Positions 49,301-58,485 of a stretch of 64,000 nucleotides of DNA are shown here, piece by piece. The notes under the pieces were generated by a model. It had not been told where the DNA came from. It searched no databases and saw only the letters and a program-made list of their open reading frames with translations. Source of the stretch: Thermohalobaculum sp. (GTDB lineage Bacteria; Pseudomonadota; Alphaproteobacteria; Rhodobacterales; Rhodobacteraceae); assembly GCA_035527255.1 (NCBI GenBank), contig DATLAW010000237.1, positions 7,905 through 71,904 on the forward strand, given 5' to 3'. Position numbers and translations under genes: made by a program. The stretch's first letter is position 1. Every line of letters begins with the position of its first letter.

Positions 49301-51787
49301 ATGAAGACGCATGCGCGGGCGGTTGTTGTTGGCGGAGGTGCTGTTGGCGCCGGGATCGCATATCACCTTGGCAAGGCAGGATGGGACACGGTCCTGCTCG
49401 AGCGTGACGAGTTGACCAGCGGGTCGACCTGGCACGCCGCCGGACTGCTGCCGCTGTTCAACATGGGCTATGCGACGACCCATATCCACGACTATTCAGT
49501 GAAGTTCTACAAGGCGTTGGAGGCCGAAACCGGGCTGAATGCCGGGTTCAGTGTGGTCGGCAACCTGCGGATGGCACAATGCCAGGAGCGCATCGATGAA
49601 TACATGCTCTACGCGTCAGTGGCCGAGACCGTGGGCATCCCGTTCGAGTGGCTGACCCCGGCCGATATCAAGGAGCGCTGGCCGCTGCTCCGTACCGAGG
49701 ACTTGAAGGGCGCGATTTACCACCCGACCGATGGCTACATCAATCCGGCCGATGTGACCCAGGCGATGGCCAAGGGAGCGCGTCAGCACGGCGTCGAGAT
49801 CGTCCGCCGGGCGCAGGTCGATGGCTTCGAGCGTGTCGGGGCCGAGTGGCTGGTCAAGGGCCGGATGATGGTCGAGAAGGGCGGCAACCTGATCCCCGGC
49901 GACGAGACCTTCGAGATCCGTTGCGAGCATGTCGTGACCGCCACCGGCAACCACGCCCAGCGCACCGCGGCGATGATCGGCTGCACCATCCCGGCGATCC
50001 CGGTCGAGCACCAGTACATCGTCACCGAACCCGACGCGACGCTGGTCGAGTGGCGCAAGACCCATGCCGAGCACCCGGTGCTGCGAGATGCCGACGCCAA
50101 GTGGTATGTGCGCGAGGAGCGCGGCGGCTGGATCCTGGGGCCGTATGAGCGGGGCGCCCCTGCCCGCTTCATCCACGGTGTGCCCGACAGCTTCCGCGCC
50201 GATCTGTTCCCGTTGGATCTGGAGCGGATCGAGGCGGAATACATGTCGATGATCCACCGAATTCCTTCATCCGAGAACTGTGGGCTGAAGGGCGATTTCA
50301 ATGGGCCGATCTGCTATACGCCGGATGGCAATCCGTTGGTCGGCCCGGCGCCGGGAGTGGACAATTTCTGGTTCGCCGAGGGTTTTTCGTTCGGCATCAC
50401 CGCGGCCGGCGGCACCGGCTACTATCTGGCCCAGTTGATGACCGAGGGTGAGGCCGAGATCGACATGTGGTCGCTGGACCCGCGCCGCTATGGCAAATGG
50501 GTCAACCGTGAGTATGCCGCCCGCAAAAACGAGGAGTGCTACGAGCACGTCTTCATCCTGCACCATCCGGACGAGGAGCGTGAGGCTTGCAGGCCGCTGC
50601 GCACCGCGCCCTGCTATGACCGGGTCAGGGCGAAGGGGGCGCAGTTTGGTCAGGTCAACGGCTGGGAACGGCCGAATTACTATGCGCCGCAAGGGTTTGA
50701 CGACCATGCCTCGCGGTCGTTCCGCCGTGGTGGTTGGTGGCAATACGCACTGGACGAGGCTAAGGCGGTGCGCGAGGGCGCAGGCATGTTCGACGCTACG
50801 GCGTTCACCAAGCATATGGTCAAGGGGCCGGGGGCAACGCAGTTTCTCGATTGGCTGACCTGCAACAAGCTGCCCCGCGTTGGTCGCACCAACCTGACTT
50901 ATGCGCTGACCGATGTCGGGACGATCCGGACCGAGCTGACCATCGTGCGGACCGCCGAGGACGCTTATTATTGCGTCACGGCGGGTGCGGCGCAGGCTTA
51001 CGACTCGGATTATCTGATCAAGATGGCGGCTTCCAAACGCGCCGAATTTGGCTGGATCGAGGTTCAGGATGTCTCGACGCAATGGGGCGTTTTGGCCATT
51101 GCCGGGCCTAAGTCGCGTGAGGTTTTGAGGCCGCTGATTGTCGATGCCGATCCGGATTCCGCGCTGACAAACAAACGTTTTCCGTGGCTTTCGGCGAAGC
51201 AGCTTGATCTGAAAATGTGCCCTTCGATGGCGATCCGGGTGGCCTATACCGGCGAGCTGGGGTGGGAGCTGCATCACCCAATTGAGATGCAGAACTACCT
51301 GTTCGACAAGCTGATGGAGGCGGGCGAGCCGCATGGGTTGAAGCTGTGCGGGGCACGGGCGCAGAACTGGTTGCGGCAGGAAAAAAGCTACCGGGCTTTC
51401 GGCTCGGATCTTGGGCGCGACGCGACGCCGCTGGAATCCGGGCTCGACAGGTTTGTCGATTTATCTAAGGATTTCAAGGGTAAAACGGCAATGCAGGAGA
51501 CCGGCATCCGCGCCGCCTGCGTGACCCTTCTGATAGACGGGCCGAAGAATGCTGACCCCTGGGGCAAAGAAGCGCTGGTGCTGGACGGGGTCAAGATTGG
51601 CCGTCTGACTTCGGGCGGCTACTCGGTGGCGTTCGGCAAGCAGATCGGGATTGGCTATGTGCGGCCGGATCTGGCCAAGGTCGGCCAGAAGCTGAAACTG
51701 CGGATGCTGACCGAACTGTGGGACGCCGAGATTGTCGAGGAAAGCCCCTACGACCCGAAGAACGAGACCATCCGCAAGGATGGGTGA
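49301..51787 (+). CDS. Dimethylglycine/sarcosine dehydrogenase-like FAD oxidoreductase fused to a GcvT-type folate-binding domain
   Basis: 828 aa. N-terminal VVVGGGAVGAGIAYHL DAO fold and a C-terminal aminomethyltransferase-like region (AYTGELGWELH). Confidence 0.8.
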   Translation: MKTHARAVVVGGGAVGAGIAYHLGKAGWDTVLLERDELTSGSTWHAAGLLPLFNMGYATTHIHDYSVKFYKALEAETGLNAGFSVVGNLRMAQCQERIDEYMLYASVAETVGIPFEWLTPADIKERWPLLRTEDLKGAIYHPTDGYINPADVTQAMAKGARQHGVEIVRRAQVDGFERVGAEWLVKGRMMVEKGGNLIPGDETFEIRCEHVVTATGNHAQRTAAMIGCTIPAIPVEHQYIVTEPDATLVEWRKTHAEHPVLRDADAKWYVREERGGWILGPYERGAPARFIHGVPDSFRADLFPLDLERIEAEYMSMIHRIPSSENCGLKGDFNGPICYTPDGNPLVGPAPGVDNFWFAEGFSFGITAAGGTGYYLAQLMTEGEAEIDMWSLDPRRYGKWVNREYAARKNEECYEHVFILHHPDEEREACRPLRTAPCYDRVRAKGAQFGQVNGWERPNYYAPQGFDDHASRSFRRGGWWQYALDEAKAVREGAGMFDATAFTKHMVKGPGATQFLDWLTCNKLPRVGRTNLTYALTDVGTIRTELTIVRTAEDAYYCVTAGAAQAYDSDYLIKMAASKRAEFGWIEVQDVSTQWGVLAIAGPKSREVLRPLIVDADPDSALTNKRFPWLSAKQLDLKMCPSMAIRVAYTGELGWELHHPIEMQNYLFDKLMEAGEPHGLKLCGARAQNWLRQEKSYRAFGSDLGRDATPLESGLDRFVDLSKDFKGKTAMQETGIRAACVTLLIDGPKNADPWGKEALVLDGVKIGRLTSGGYSVAFGKQIGIGYVRPDLAKVGQKLKLRMLTELWDAEIVEESPYDPKNETIRKDG

Positions 51788-51897
51788 GGGGAAGTTCCGC
51801 CATGTTGGCGCTGGCATCGCAGATATTGCTAACCTAACATTCCGCCGGCCCACTCGGAGGCAGGGTCTCGTTCGGCAGCGCTGGAGGTATCAGCAAG

Positions 51898-51963
51898 ATG
51901 CAATACTCCCGGATCGGATCATCCAACCTGAAAATCTCGCGCCTCGCGCTCGGCGCCCCGTAA
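51898..51963 (+). pseudogene. 21-codon stub resembling the N-terminus of an aldo-keto reductase
   Basis: ATG..TAA reads MQYSRIGSSNLKISRLALGAP*. This fits the AKR N-terminal pattern M.YR.LG.SGL.VS.L.LG. Nothing AKR-like follows in any frame that I could see. Confidence 0.35.
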
Positions 51964-52092
51964 TGGCGCGCGCGGGTATCCCCGACCAGATGACGCGCTT
52001 CCGCGATCTGTGGAAGACGGCGACCTAACCGGCAGCACCAAGATGGTTCCGCCAACGACGGGGCCATTTCGGTGCATCCCGTGAAGTGCGGC

Positions 52093-53250
52093 TCAGGAGG
52101 CCGCCCGTGTCTCCACGAGCCGGGCGAGCAGGGTCGAGCCGAGGGGCAGTATGGAATCGTCAAAGGTGAAGGCGGCATTGTGGAGCATCGCCGTTCCCTC
52201 GTGCCCGATGGTGAAATAAGCCCCTGGCACCGCACGGAGCATATCTGCGAAGTCCTCGCTACCGGTGTTGGGTCGGCCACCGACCGCGACGTTTTGGTCG
52301 CCGGCCACCTCTCGCGCCAGCCCGGCAAAGGTGTGGGAGAGCTGCTCGTCGTTTTCCAGCACGCCGAAGATTTCCCGGATATCGACCTCGGTCTCGACGC
52401 CATAGGTGGCGGCAATGCCCGCGGCGATGTCACGGATCCGCTCGCGGATCTGCTGGCGCACCGCGTCAGTGAACATCCGCGCCGTGCCGGAGACCACCGC
52501 CTCGCCTGGAATGACGTTATAGGCCGAGCCGCTGTGGATCTGAGTGACCGAGAGAACGACCGCATCCAGGGGATTTATGTTGCGGCTGACGACGGATTGG
52601 AGCGCCTGAACCAGTGCCGTCGCGGCGACGATCGGATCACGCGATTCCTGCGGTCGCGCCCCGTGGCTGCCCTCGCCGGTCACCTTGATATCGAAAAAGT
52701 CCGCCCCGGCCATGGCGACGCCGGGGACCACGCGGACCTGGTTCTGCGGTGCGCCAGGACGATTGTGCAGCCCGTAGACCTCGTCGCAGGGGAAGCGCTC
52801 GAACAACCCGTCGGCCAGCATGGCTCGGGCGCCGCCGAGGCCCTCCTCGGCGGGCTGGAAGATGAAGATCGCCTTGCCCGCAAAGTCGCGGGTCTCGGCC
52901 AGATAGCGGGCGGCGCCGAGCAGCATCGTCGTGTGCCCGTCATGGCCGCAGGCATGCATGACGCCAGGGTTCGTCGAGCGGTAGGGAAGGTTCGTCTGCT
53001 CCTCGATCGGCAGGGCGTCCATATCGGCCCGTAACCCGACGGTCTTGCCGGGCCGCTTGCCCTCCAGCACTCCGACGACGCCGGTCTTGCCGACATTGCG
53101 GTGCGTCTCGATCCCCCAGCTCTCCAGCAGGCCGGCAACGACGCCGGAGGTGCGAACTTCCTCGAAGCCAAGCTCGGGATGGGCGTGCAGGTCACGGCGG
53201 ATGGCGGTCAGGTCATCAGCGTAGTCTTCGATGCGGTCGATCAGGTTCAT
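52093..53250 (-). CDS. M20D-family amidohydrolase (hippurate hydrolase / N-acyl-amino acid amidohydrolase-like)
   Basis: IRRDLHAHPELGFEE, ADMDALPI and MHACGHDGH motifs. The Met at 53250 is preferred over the ORF-track 53301. Confidence 0.85.
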   Translation of the reverse strand: MNLIDRIEDYADDLTAIRRDLHAHPELGFEEVRTSGVVAGLLESWGIETHRNVGKTGVVGVLEGKRPGKTVGLRADMDALPIEEQTNLPYRSTNPGVMHACGHDGHTTMLLGAARYLAETRDFAGKAIFIFQPAEEGLGGARAMLADGLFERFPCDEVYGLHNRPGAPQNQVRVVPGVAMAGADFFDIKVTGEGSHGARPQESRDPIVAATALVQALQSVVSRNINPLDAVVLSVTQIHSGSAYNVIPGEAVVSGTARMFTDAVRQQIRERIRDIAAGIAATYGVETEVDIREIFGVLENDEQLSHTFAGLAREVAGDQNVAVGGRPNTGSEDFADMLRAVPGAYFTIGHEGTAMLHNAAFTFDDSILPLGSTLLARLVETRAAS

Positions 53251-53415
53251 TTCGGGCATCTCCAAGAAGGGGTCAAAAGGTGCGCGTTCATATGAGGCCA
53301 TCTTCGCTCGGCGGCACCGTATCGCCGCCTGCGCCCGTTCTCCAGCTCATTTTCGGATCGGCAGAACGTAATGCGAAGATTTCGTGTGTAACAAACGACT
53401 GGGTGATCGACGCAA

Positions 53416-54372
53416 TCAACGCCCGCGTACGACCGCAGCGCGCGCCCGATCATCGGACCAAATGGCCAGCGCGCCAGCGATCACAATGAGTACCATGCCG
53501 GCAGCCATGCTGTGGCTAACAGTCTTGCCCCAAATCACCCACGCGAAGAACGGAGCCCAAAACAGGAAGCTCAGATCGAACAAGGCAACCACGCTTGCAT
53601 CGCCCGACTGGTAACCGACTGCCTGAGACGCCGCTGCGGATATTCGCGCGATGCCGATCAGGAACAGCACGAACAATATCCAACCGCTGGTCGCGCGGAT
53701 CGGCTGGGTGACGAATTCCGTGCCCTCGATCCCGGAAAGTGCGGGAATGATCCACGGCGACAACACAAGTCCGGCAAGCCCGGCCAGCATAAGTGCTGTG
53801 AACTGCCAGATCGCCAGGCAGATCGCGCTTTCTCCGCGGCAATGGCGTCGGGTCCAGATCACACTCAGCGCCCAGGCGAGGCCACCCGCCACCGCCGCCA
53901 GTGCCATTGGCTGGATTGGTTGCTTACCGACCTCCAAAACCAGGCATACTCCAGCGAAGCCCATGACCACCGCGACGATGTGTCGAACGCCCACCCGCTC
54001 TCCGAAGAAAATCGCTGAGATCAGCACGGCCCAGATCGGCGAGGTGAACAGCCCGGCCGCAGCCTGCGCGATACCGACGGCGGGCAGCGCCGCGAAGTAC
54101 ATCACCATCGCCACCATGGAGAGCAGGCTTCGCTCGCTGACACGGCGCAGGGACACGGGCCAGACAGACGTGAGCCGCCCGGTTGCCAAGGCGAAGATGA
54201 GCGCCACCGGGATCACCATGGCGGAGCGCAATGCGTGAAATTGCCATAGTCCCATGTGCTCGGTGACAATGGGGGTATAATTGTCTCCGACGGCGACCAA
54301 CGCCATGCCAAGGATGATCCACAACGCTCCCCGCGTCGTCCCGCCGATCTCGCGAATCCTGATGATGAACAC
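53416..54372 (-). CDS. DMT (EamA) family transporter
   Basis: 318 aa, 10 TM helices, GTG start, 5 nt after the stop of the upstream M20 gene. Confidence 0.75.
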   Translation of the reverse strand: MFIIRIREIGGTTRGALWIILGMALVAVGDNYTPIVTEHMGLWQFHALRSAMVIPVALIFALATGRLTSVWPVSLRRVSERSLLSMVAMVMYFAALPAVGIAQAAAGLFTSPIWAVLISAIFFGERVGVRHIVAVVMGFAGVCLVLEVGKQPIQPMALAAVAGGLAWALSVIWTRRHCRGESAICLAIWQFTALMLAGLAGLVLSPWIIPALSGIEGTEFVTQPIRATSGWILFVLFLIGIARISAAASQAVGYQSGDASVVALFDLSFLFWAPFFAWVIWGKTVSHSMAAGMVLIVIAGALAIWSDDRARAAVVRGR

Positions 54373-54377
54373 CGCGC

Positions 54378-55508
54378 TCAGTCGATCGTCGCGAGCAGAC
54401 CCGCCATGATCCGGCCCCGGCTCTCCAAGGTCGGGACCAGGATGTGCTCGTCGAGTGTATGAATTCCGGCGCCTTCAACGCCGAGGCCATCCAATGTCGC
54501 AATTCCCATCGCGCCGGTGAAATTTCCATCGGACCCGCCGCCCGCGCTCTCATGCCGAAATCCGGTCCCGAGTTGGTTCGCAAAACCCTCCGCGATCTTG
54601 ACGAGGCGCAATGTGCCAGCGTGCGGTTCCCAGACGGGGCGGGTCACTCCGCGCATCACCTCAAAGCCGACCTCGGCGTCAGGATCGGCGAGGGCAAGCA
54701 TCTGTTCAACGCCGCGATCGAGATCGGCCTGGCGTTTGGCCATGGACAGCACCTCGGCCTCCGCGTGGGAGGAGACGCAGTTGACCCACCGACCGGCATG
54801 GACAACTCCGACCGAGAAGGTGCAATCGTCCGTGGTCATCTCCTCGATCTGGATGATCCGGCGCGCCATCTCGCGAATAGCCGAGCGGCCCTTGGACAAC
54901 TGCGAACCGGCATGGCTCGGGCGGCCGCGGGTCGCGAGGTTGAAGCGGGCGATGGCGTAGCGGCTGGAGACAACGCCGCCATCCGGCCGCCCTGGCTCTG
55001 GCACCAGCACGGCCTTGGCGCGGGCCGCCTCCGCCTCGATCAGACTTCGCATGGACGGCGTGCCGATCTCCTCGTCAGGCGTGAACAACACCGAGACCGG
55101 CAGCTTTGTCTCGATCCCCGCCCGTGCAAGTTGGCGGATCGCCTCGAGCGCCAGATAGTTGCCACCCTTCATGTCGCAGATGCCGGGGCCCCAGCAGCGG
55201 TCGCCTTCGCGCCGGAAGGGCAGCACGTCCAGCGTGCCGAGCGGGTGGACGGTGTCTAAATGGCCAAGGATAAGGATGCCGGGCTCGCCCTCCCGCGGGT
55301 GGGGAAAACGCGCGCGCAGGCTGTCGCCGAGGCCCATGCGGCCGGGTATGCGCTCGATCCTCGCGCCCATGGCGGCGAGGTCGTACGAGGCGAGATCCAT
55401 CATCCGATTTACCGCCGCCGCATCCCAGGTCGGGCTCTCGCACTCGACCCAAGGACGCAGGCCCGCCAGCATCTCCTCGGCATCGAACGGAAGGTTCGTG
55501 ATATCCAT
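54378..55508 (-). CDS. M20-family metallopeptidase (carboxypeptidase G2 / glutamate carboxypeptidase-like)
   Basis: 376 aa. ILILGHLDTVHP ... GPGICDMKGG ... FTPDEEIGTP ... HTLDEHI is the M20A pattern. Confidence 0.8.
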   Translation of the reverse strand: MDITNLPFDAEEMLAGLRPWVECESPTWDAAAVNRMMDLASYDLAAMGARIERIPGRMGLGDSLRARFPHPREGEPGILILGHLDTVHPLGTLDVLPFRREGDRCWGPGICDMKGGNYLALEAIRQLARAGIETKLPVSVLFTPDEEIGTPSMRSLIEAEAARAKAVLVPEPGRPDGGVVSSRYAIARFNLATRGRPSHAGSQLSKGRSAIREMARRIIQIEEMTTDDCTFSVGVVHAGRWVNCVSSHAEAEVLSMAKRQADLDRGVEQMLALADPDAEVGFEVMRGVTRPVWEPHAGTLRLVKIAEGFANQLGTGFRHESAGGGSDGNFTGAMGIATLDGLGVEGAGIHTLDEHILVPTLESRGRIMAGLLATID

Positions 55509-55712
55509 GATCGCCTCTCTTCTTGCAAACTTCGGCCTGACACTGCTGATCGCGGCACACGAACCTTACATACGCCCATCCGGTTACGCCACGAGCTTGG
55601 CCAATCACCGACTCCCCGACGTCCAATTCGGGAGCGCGGATGCCATGCTCACATATCGATCCCCCCAGAGCATTCCTTCTTGAAGCTAACCGGGATATGG
55701 AAAGCCGCGAAG

Positions 55713-55754
55713 AATGGTGATTGCGCACTCAATAATGGTGATTGCGCACTCAAT
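55713..55754. repeat. Perfect 21-bp tandem direct repeat x2 (AATGGTGATTGCGCACTCAAT)
   Basis: Read directly at 55713-55733 and 55734-55754, in the 308-bp divergent region between the M20 operon and the MFS gene. Confidence 0.9.
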
Positions 55755-55815
55755 ATTGCCCTATCGGCCAACCCTGTCATCCGAGGATCGTTCGAAAATT
55801 GGAGACCCGGAAGAT

Positions 55816-57036
55816 ATGACCCAGCCAAGTGCAATCAACGTGACCGGGCCCGGCGCGATCGATCCGCGCTACAAGGTAGTTTTCGGCGCCTGTCTGACTC
55901 AGTTCACAGTCATCGGCCTGCTGTTCTCTTATGGGTTACTTTTCAAGATCTTCGAGGGCGAGTTCGGATGGTCGCGGACTCTGCTTTCAGCCTGTACCTC
56001 GCTGGCGTTCCTGGTGATGGGCGCCCTGGCAATGTTTGGCGGCCGGTTAAGTGACCGCTACGGGCCACGGGCGGTTCTGGGGGTCTCCGGCACGCTGTAT
56101 GGTCTTGGATTTGCCCTGATTTCGCAGGTGTCCGAACCTTGGCATCTGTTCGCAATCTTTGGCCTGCTCATTGGTGTTGGGATGAGCACCCACGACGTCG
56201 TCACCCTGTCAACCGTCGCGCGCTGGTTTCAGCACCGCCGCGGCGTGATGACCGGTGTGGTCAAGGTCGGAACCGCCGCGGGCCAGGTCGCCATCCCGCC
56301 GCTGGCTGCGCTGCTGATCGCCAACCTCGGGTGGCGACCGGCGGTCGTCACGCTTGGCGCCCTCGCCACTCTGCTGTTGTTGATCGCCGCGTTTGCGATG
56401 AAATCACCGCCGAAAGCGACTGAGCAGACGCAGCAGGCACCTGAGCATGGCATCAGTTTTCGCGAGGTTCGCAGGACCCGCACATTCTGGACACTTTGCG
56501 CGATTCAGTTTCTGTTCTTTCCCACGCTGACCACCGTGCCACTGCATATCGTTGTGCATGGCATGGATCTGGGCATGAGCGCGGCCGTGGCGGCGGGATT
56601 GTTGTCGGTGACCGGGGCGGCGAGTGTTGCCGGGCGCCTGACGGTCGGCACATTGTCGGACCGGATCAGTGCGAAACATGCCTTCACGATCTGCTTTATG
56701 CCGCTGATTGTCAGCTTGCTGGCTTTTCTGGTGATCGGAACGCCATGGCCTCTGTTTGCTGCAGTGGCCGTCTATGGCTTTGCACATGGTGGCCTCTTTA
56801 CCGTCGTGTCGCCCACCATCGCCGAATACTTCGGCACGCGCGCGCATGGCGCGATCTTTGGGACCGTGCTGTTCTTCGGCACGATCGGTGGTGCTTTGGG
56901 ACCAATTCTGGCGGGACGTGCTTTCGACACGACTGGCAGCTACACGCTGGCATTCGCAAGCCTGGCCGGCCTGACGACTGTGGGCCTGATGCTGGTTCTT
57001 TCGTTGCCCGCGGTCGCCAAAGTGAGACGCAACTGA
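55816..57036 (+). CDS. MFS transporter
   Basis: 406 aa from the Met at 55816. 12 TM helices and a GRLSDRYGPR loop motif. Confidence 0.8.
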   Translation: MTQPSAINVTGPGAIDPRYKVVFGACLTQFTVIGLLFSYGLLFKIFEGEFGWSRTLLSACTSLAFLVMGALAMFGGRLSDRYGPRAVLGVSGTLYGLGFALISQVSEPWHLFAIFGLLIGVGMSTHDVVTLSTVARWFQHRRGVMTGVVKVGTAAGQVAIPPLAALLIANLGWRPAVVTLGALATLLLLIAAFAMKSPPKATEQTQQAPEHGISFREVRRTRTFWTLCAIQFLFFPTLTTVPLHIVVHGMDLGMSAAVAAGLLSVTGAASVAGRLTVGTLSDRISAKHAFTICFMPLIVSLLAFLVIGTPWPLFAAVAVYGFAHGGLFTVVSPTIAEYFGTRAHGAIFGTVLFFGTIGGALGPILAGRAFDTTGSYTLAFASLAGLTTVGLMLVLSLPAVAKVRRN

Positions 57037-57194
57037 GCAATTGGACCTTACCGGCGCTTTGATGTGGCCTGGTGTCCGATCACGGAGATATTGATCATCC
57101 AAGCTTGACCATCAGCGTCTCGGATTCTTTATCTCGATTGTCCGCTATTGGCGATGGGCTCAACGGGTGTCGTCCTGCCTCATCCCGCGCATGA

Positions 57195-57359
57195 CGGCGC
57201 CGCTTTCCAGCCAAGACGCCGGATCTCTCGGGGGCCATGTACGCATTCATCACCATGCTGCAAGGCATGATGGTGATCTACACCGTCATCGTCGTGCTGG
57301 TGAACCTGATCACCGATCTGACCTACGGGCTGATCGACCCGCGGGTGAAGTACAAATGA
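57195..57359 (+). pseudogene. C-terminal relic of a DppB/OppB-type ABC permease
   Basis: The frame opens after TGA 57192-57194 and reads ..PDLSGAMYAFITMLQGMMVIYTVIVVLVNLITDLTYGLIDPRVKYK*. Compare the intact permease in this window, which ends VVTLIADLLVSWLDPRVRDSL. Confidence 0.55.
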
Positions 57360-57562
57360 GCGCGAGCCGTCCCGCGGCCTCGACCTCGGCCTTCCGAGTC
57401 GTCGTCGCCTACGGTGCGCGCGAGACGATCAGGGCGTTCAACACCAACAAGACGTCCTGGGTTGGTCTGGGCCTCTTCATGACGGTCGTCGCCGCTGCCA
57501 TTCTGGCGCCTTGGCATGCGCCGCGCGATCCGCTGGAACAGAACCTGATGTTCCGCCTGGGC
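57356..57562 (+). pseudogene. N-terminal relic of a DppC/OppC-type ABC permease
   Basis: ATGA overlap with the preceding relic. The frame reads ..NKTSWVGLGLFMTVVAAAILAPWHAPRDPLEQNLMFRLG and then loses similarity. The expected GTDxLGRD and all later TM helices are absent. Confidence 0.55.
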
Positions 57563-57615
57563 ATGTTTTGCTGGTGGATCGCGGCTGGTGCGTGCGCTGA
57601 GCCGCCGGGGCGGCC

Positions 57616-58410
57616 TCAGTTGTGGCGGCCGAAGAAGTTCTCACGGATCTCTGGCGAGAACACGTAGCCCGGCGTTTGCGCATAGCTAAAGAGCGCGATG
57701 ATCCGTTCGCGGCCGAGGCCGACCGGGGCGACCCTGTGGAGCGACCGGTGGCCGTTGAAAAGCGAGAGGGTTCCCGGCGCCAGGCGCGGGCGGAGAACCC
57801 CGTCATCGCGCCCTTCGAGCACTGCAAGTTCGCGTTCAGTTGCCGCTGGGTCGCGGCCGCGAATGTCGGGAACGAACTCGAAGCCGCCGCCTTGCTCCGC
57901 CGGTTGCAACAGCAGCGAAACCACCCCGTCATTGGGGTCGTAGTGCCATCCAAGCTCGTCCCCGTCCCGGCAGATCGTCATGATGCAGTTCACCAGCGGG
58001 TCGGCGCAGGGGTAAAGGGCGTCATTGTCGAGGGCGGCGCGCAGAAAGCCGGTGAACGCGCAGGATTCATAGAGCGCGCGCAGCCCTGACTCCCGGCCGA
58101 TCAGGTCGTAGGCGATCGAGCGCATCGCCGCGCGGGTTTCGCGGGGGATGGTGCCGGCCTGCGGGCTGCCGTCGCCATGCGGTGTCGCGCGCCAGTGCTC
58201 GGTGCGATGGGCTTTTGGCGCGAGGGCTTGTGCCTCTGCCACCATGCCCGCAACGGCGTCCGCGCGGACGAACCCCGGCAGCAGGCACAACCCAGTGTCG
58301 AGAAGCTGCTTGCGGCAGGTCGCGACAACCGTTTGTCGTTGCGGCGGCGCCAGATCGGCGATGGGATATCTGTCCAGGTCGACGATTTCCGACAGTCTCT
58401 TGGTGCTCAC
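57616..58410 (-). CDS. Fe(II)/2-oxoglutarate-dependent dioxygenase-like protein, paralog B
   Basis: HxD...H triad candidates WHYD and SLHRVAPV..GRER. A GTG at 58410 with an AAGGAGAG SD gives an N-terminus colinear with paralog A. The ORF-track ATG at 58491 would add a His/Arg-rich repeat-encoded extension. Confidence 0.6.
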   Translation of the reverse strand: MSTKRLSEIVDLDRYPIADLAPPQRQTVVATCRKQLLDTGLCLLPGFVRADAVAGMVAEAQALAPKAHRTEHWRATPHGDGSPQAGTIPRETRAAMRSIAYDLIGRESGLRALYESCAFTGFLRAALDNDALYPCADPLVNCIMTICRDGDELGWHYDPNDGVVSLLLQPAEQGGGFEFVPDIRGRDPAATERELAVLEGRDDGVLRPRLAPGTLSLFNGHRSLHRVAPVGLGRERIIALFSYAQTPGYVFSPEIRENFFGRHN

Positions 58411-58425
58411 CTTCTGCTCTCCTTC

Positions 58426-58485
58426 AGGACGCGCCCGTCGCTGATGCGCCCGTCTATGATGCGCCAGTCTATGATGCGCCAGTCC
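58426..58485. repeat. 15-bp tandem repeat, 4 units
   Basis: Units are AGGACGCGCCCGTCG, CTGATGCGCCCGTCT, ATGATGCGCCAGTCT and ATGATGCGCCAGTCC, read directly. The repeat spans the stop codon of dioxygenase A and ends just before the SD of dioxygenase B. Confidence 0.8.

Noticed and set aside
55713-55754. Possibility that the short tandem repeats here, at 58426-58485 and at 43041-43070, are CRISPR arrays.
   Set aside because: The units are contiguous with no spacers, there are only 2-4 copies, the units are 15-21 bp, and there are no cas genes.
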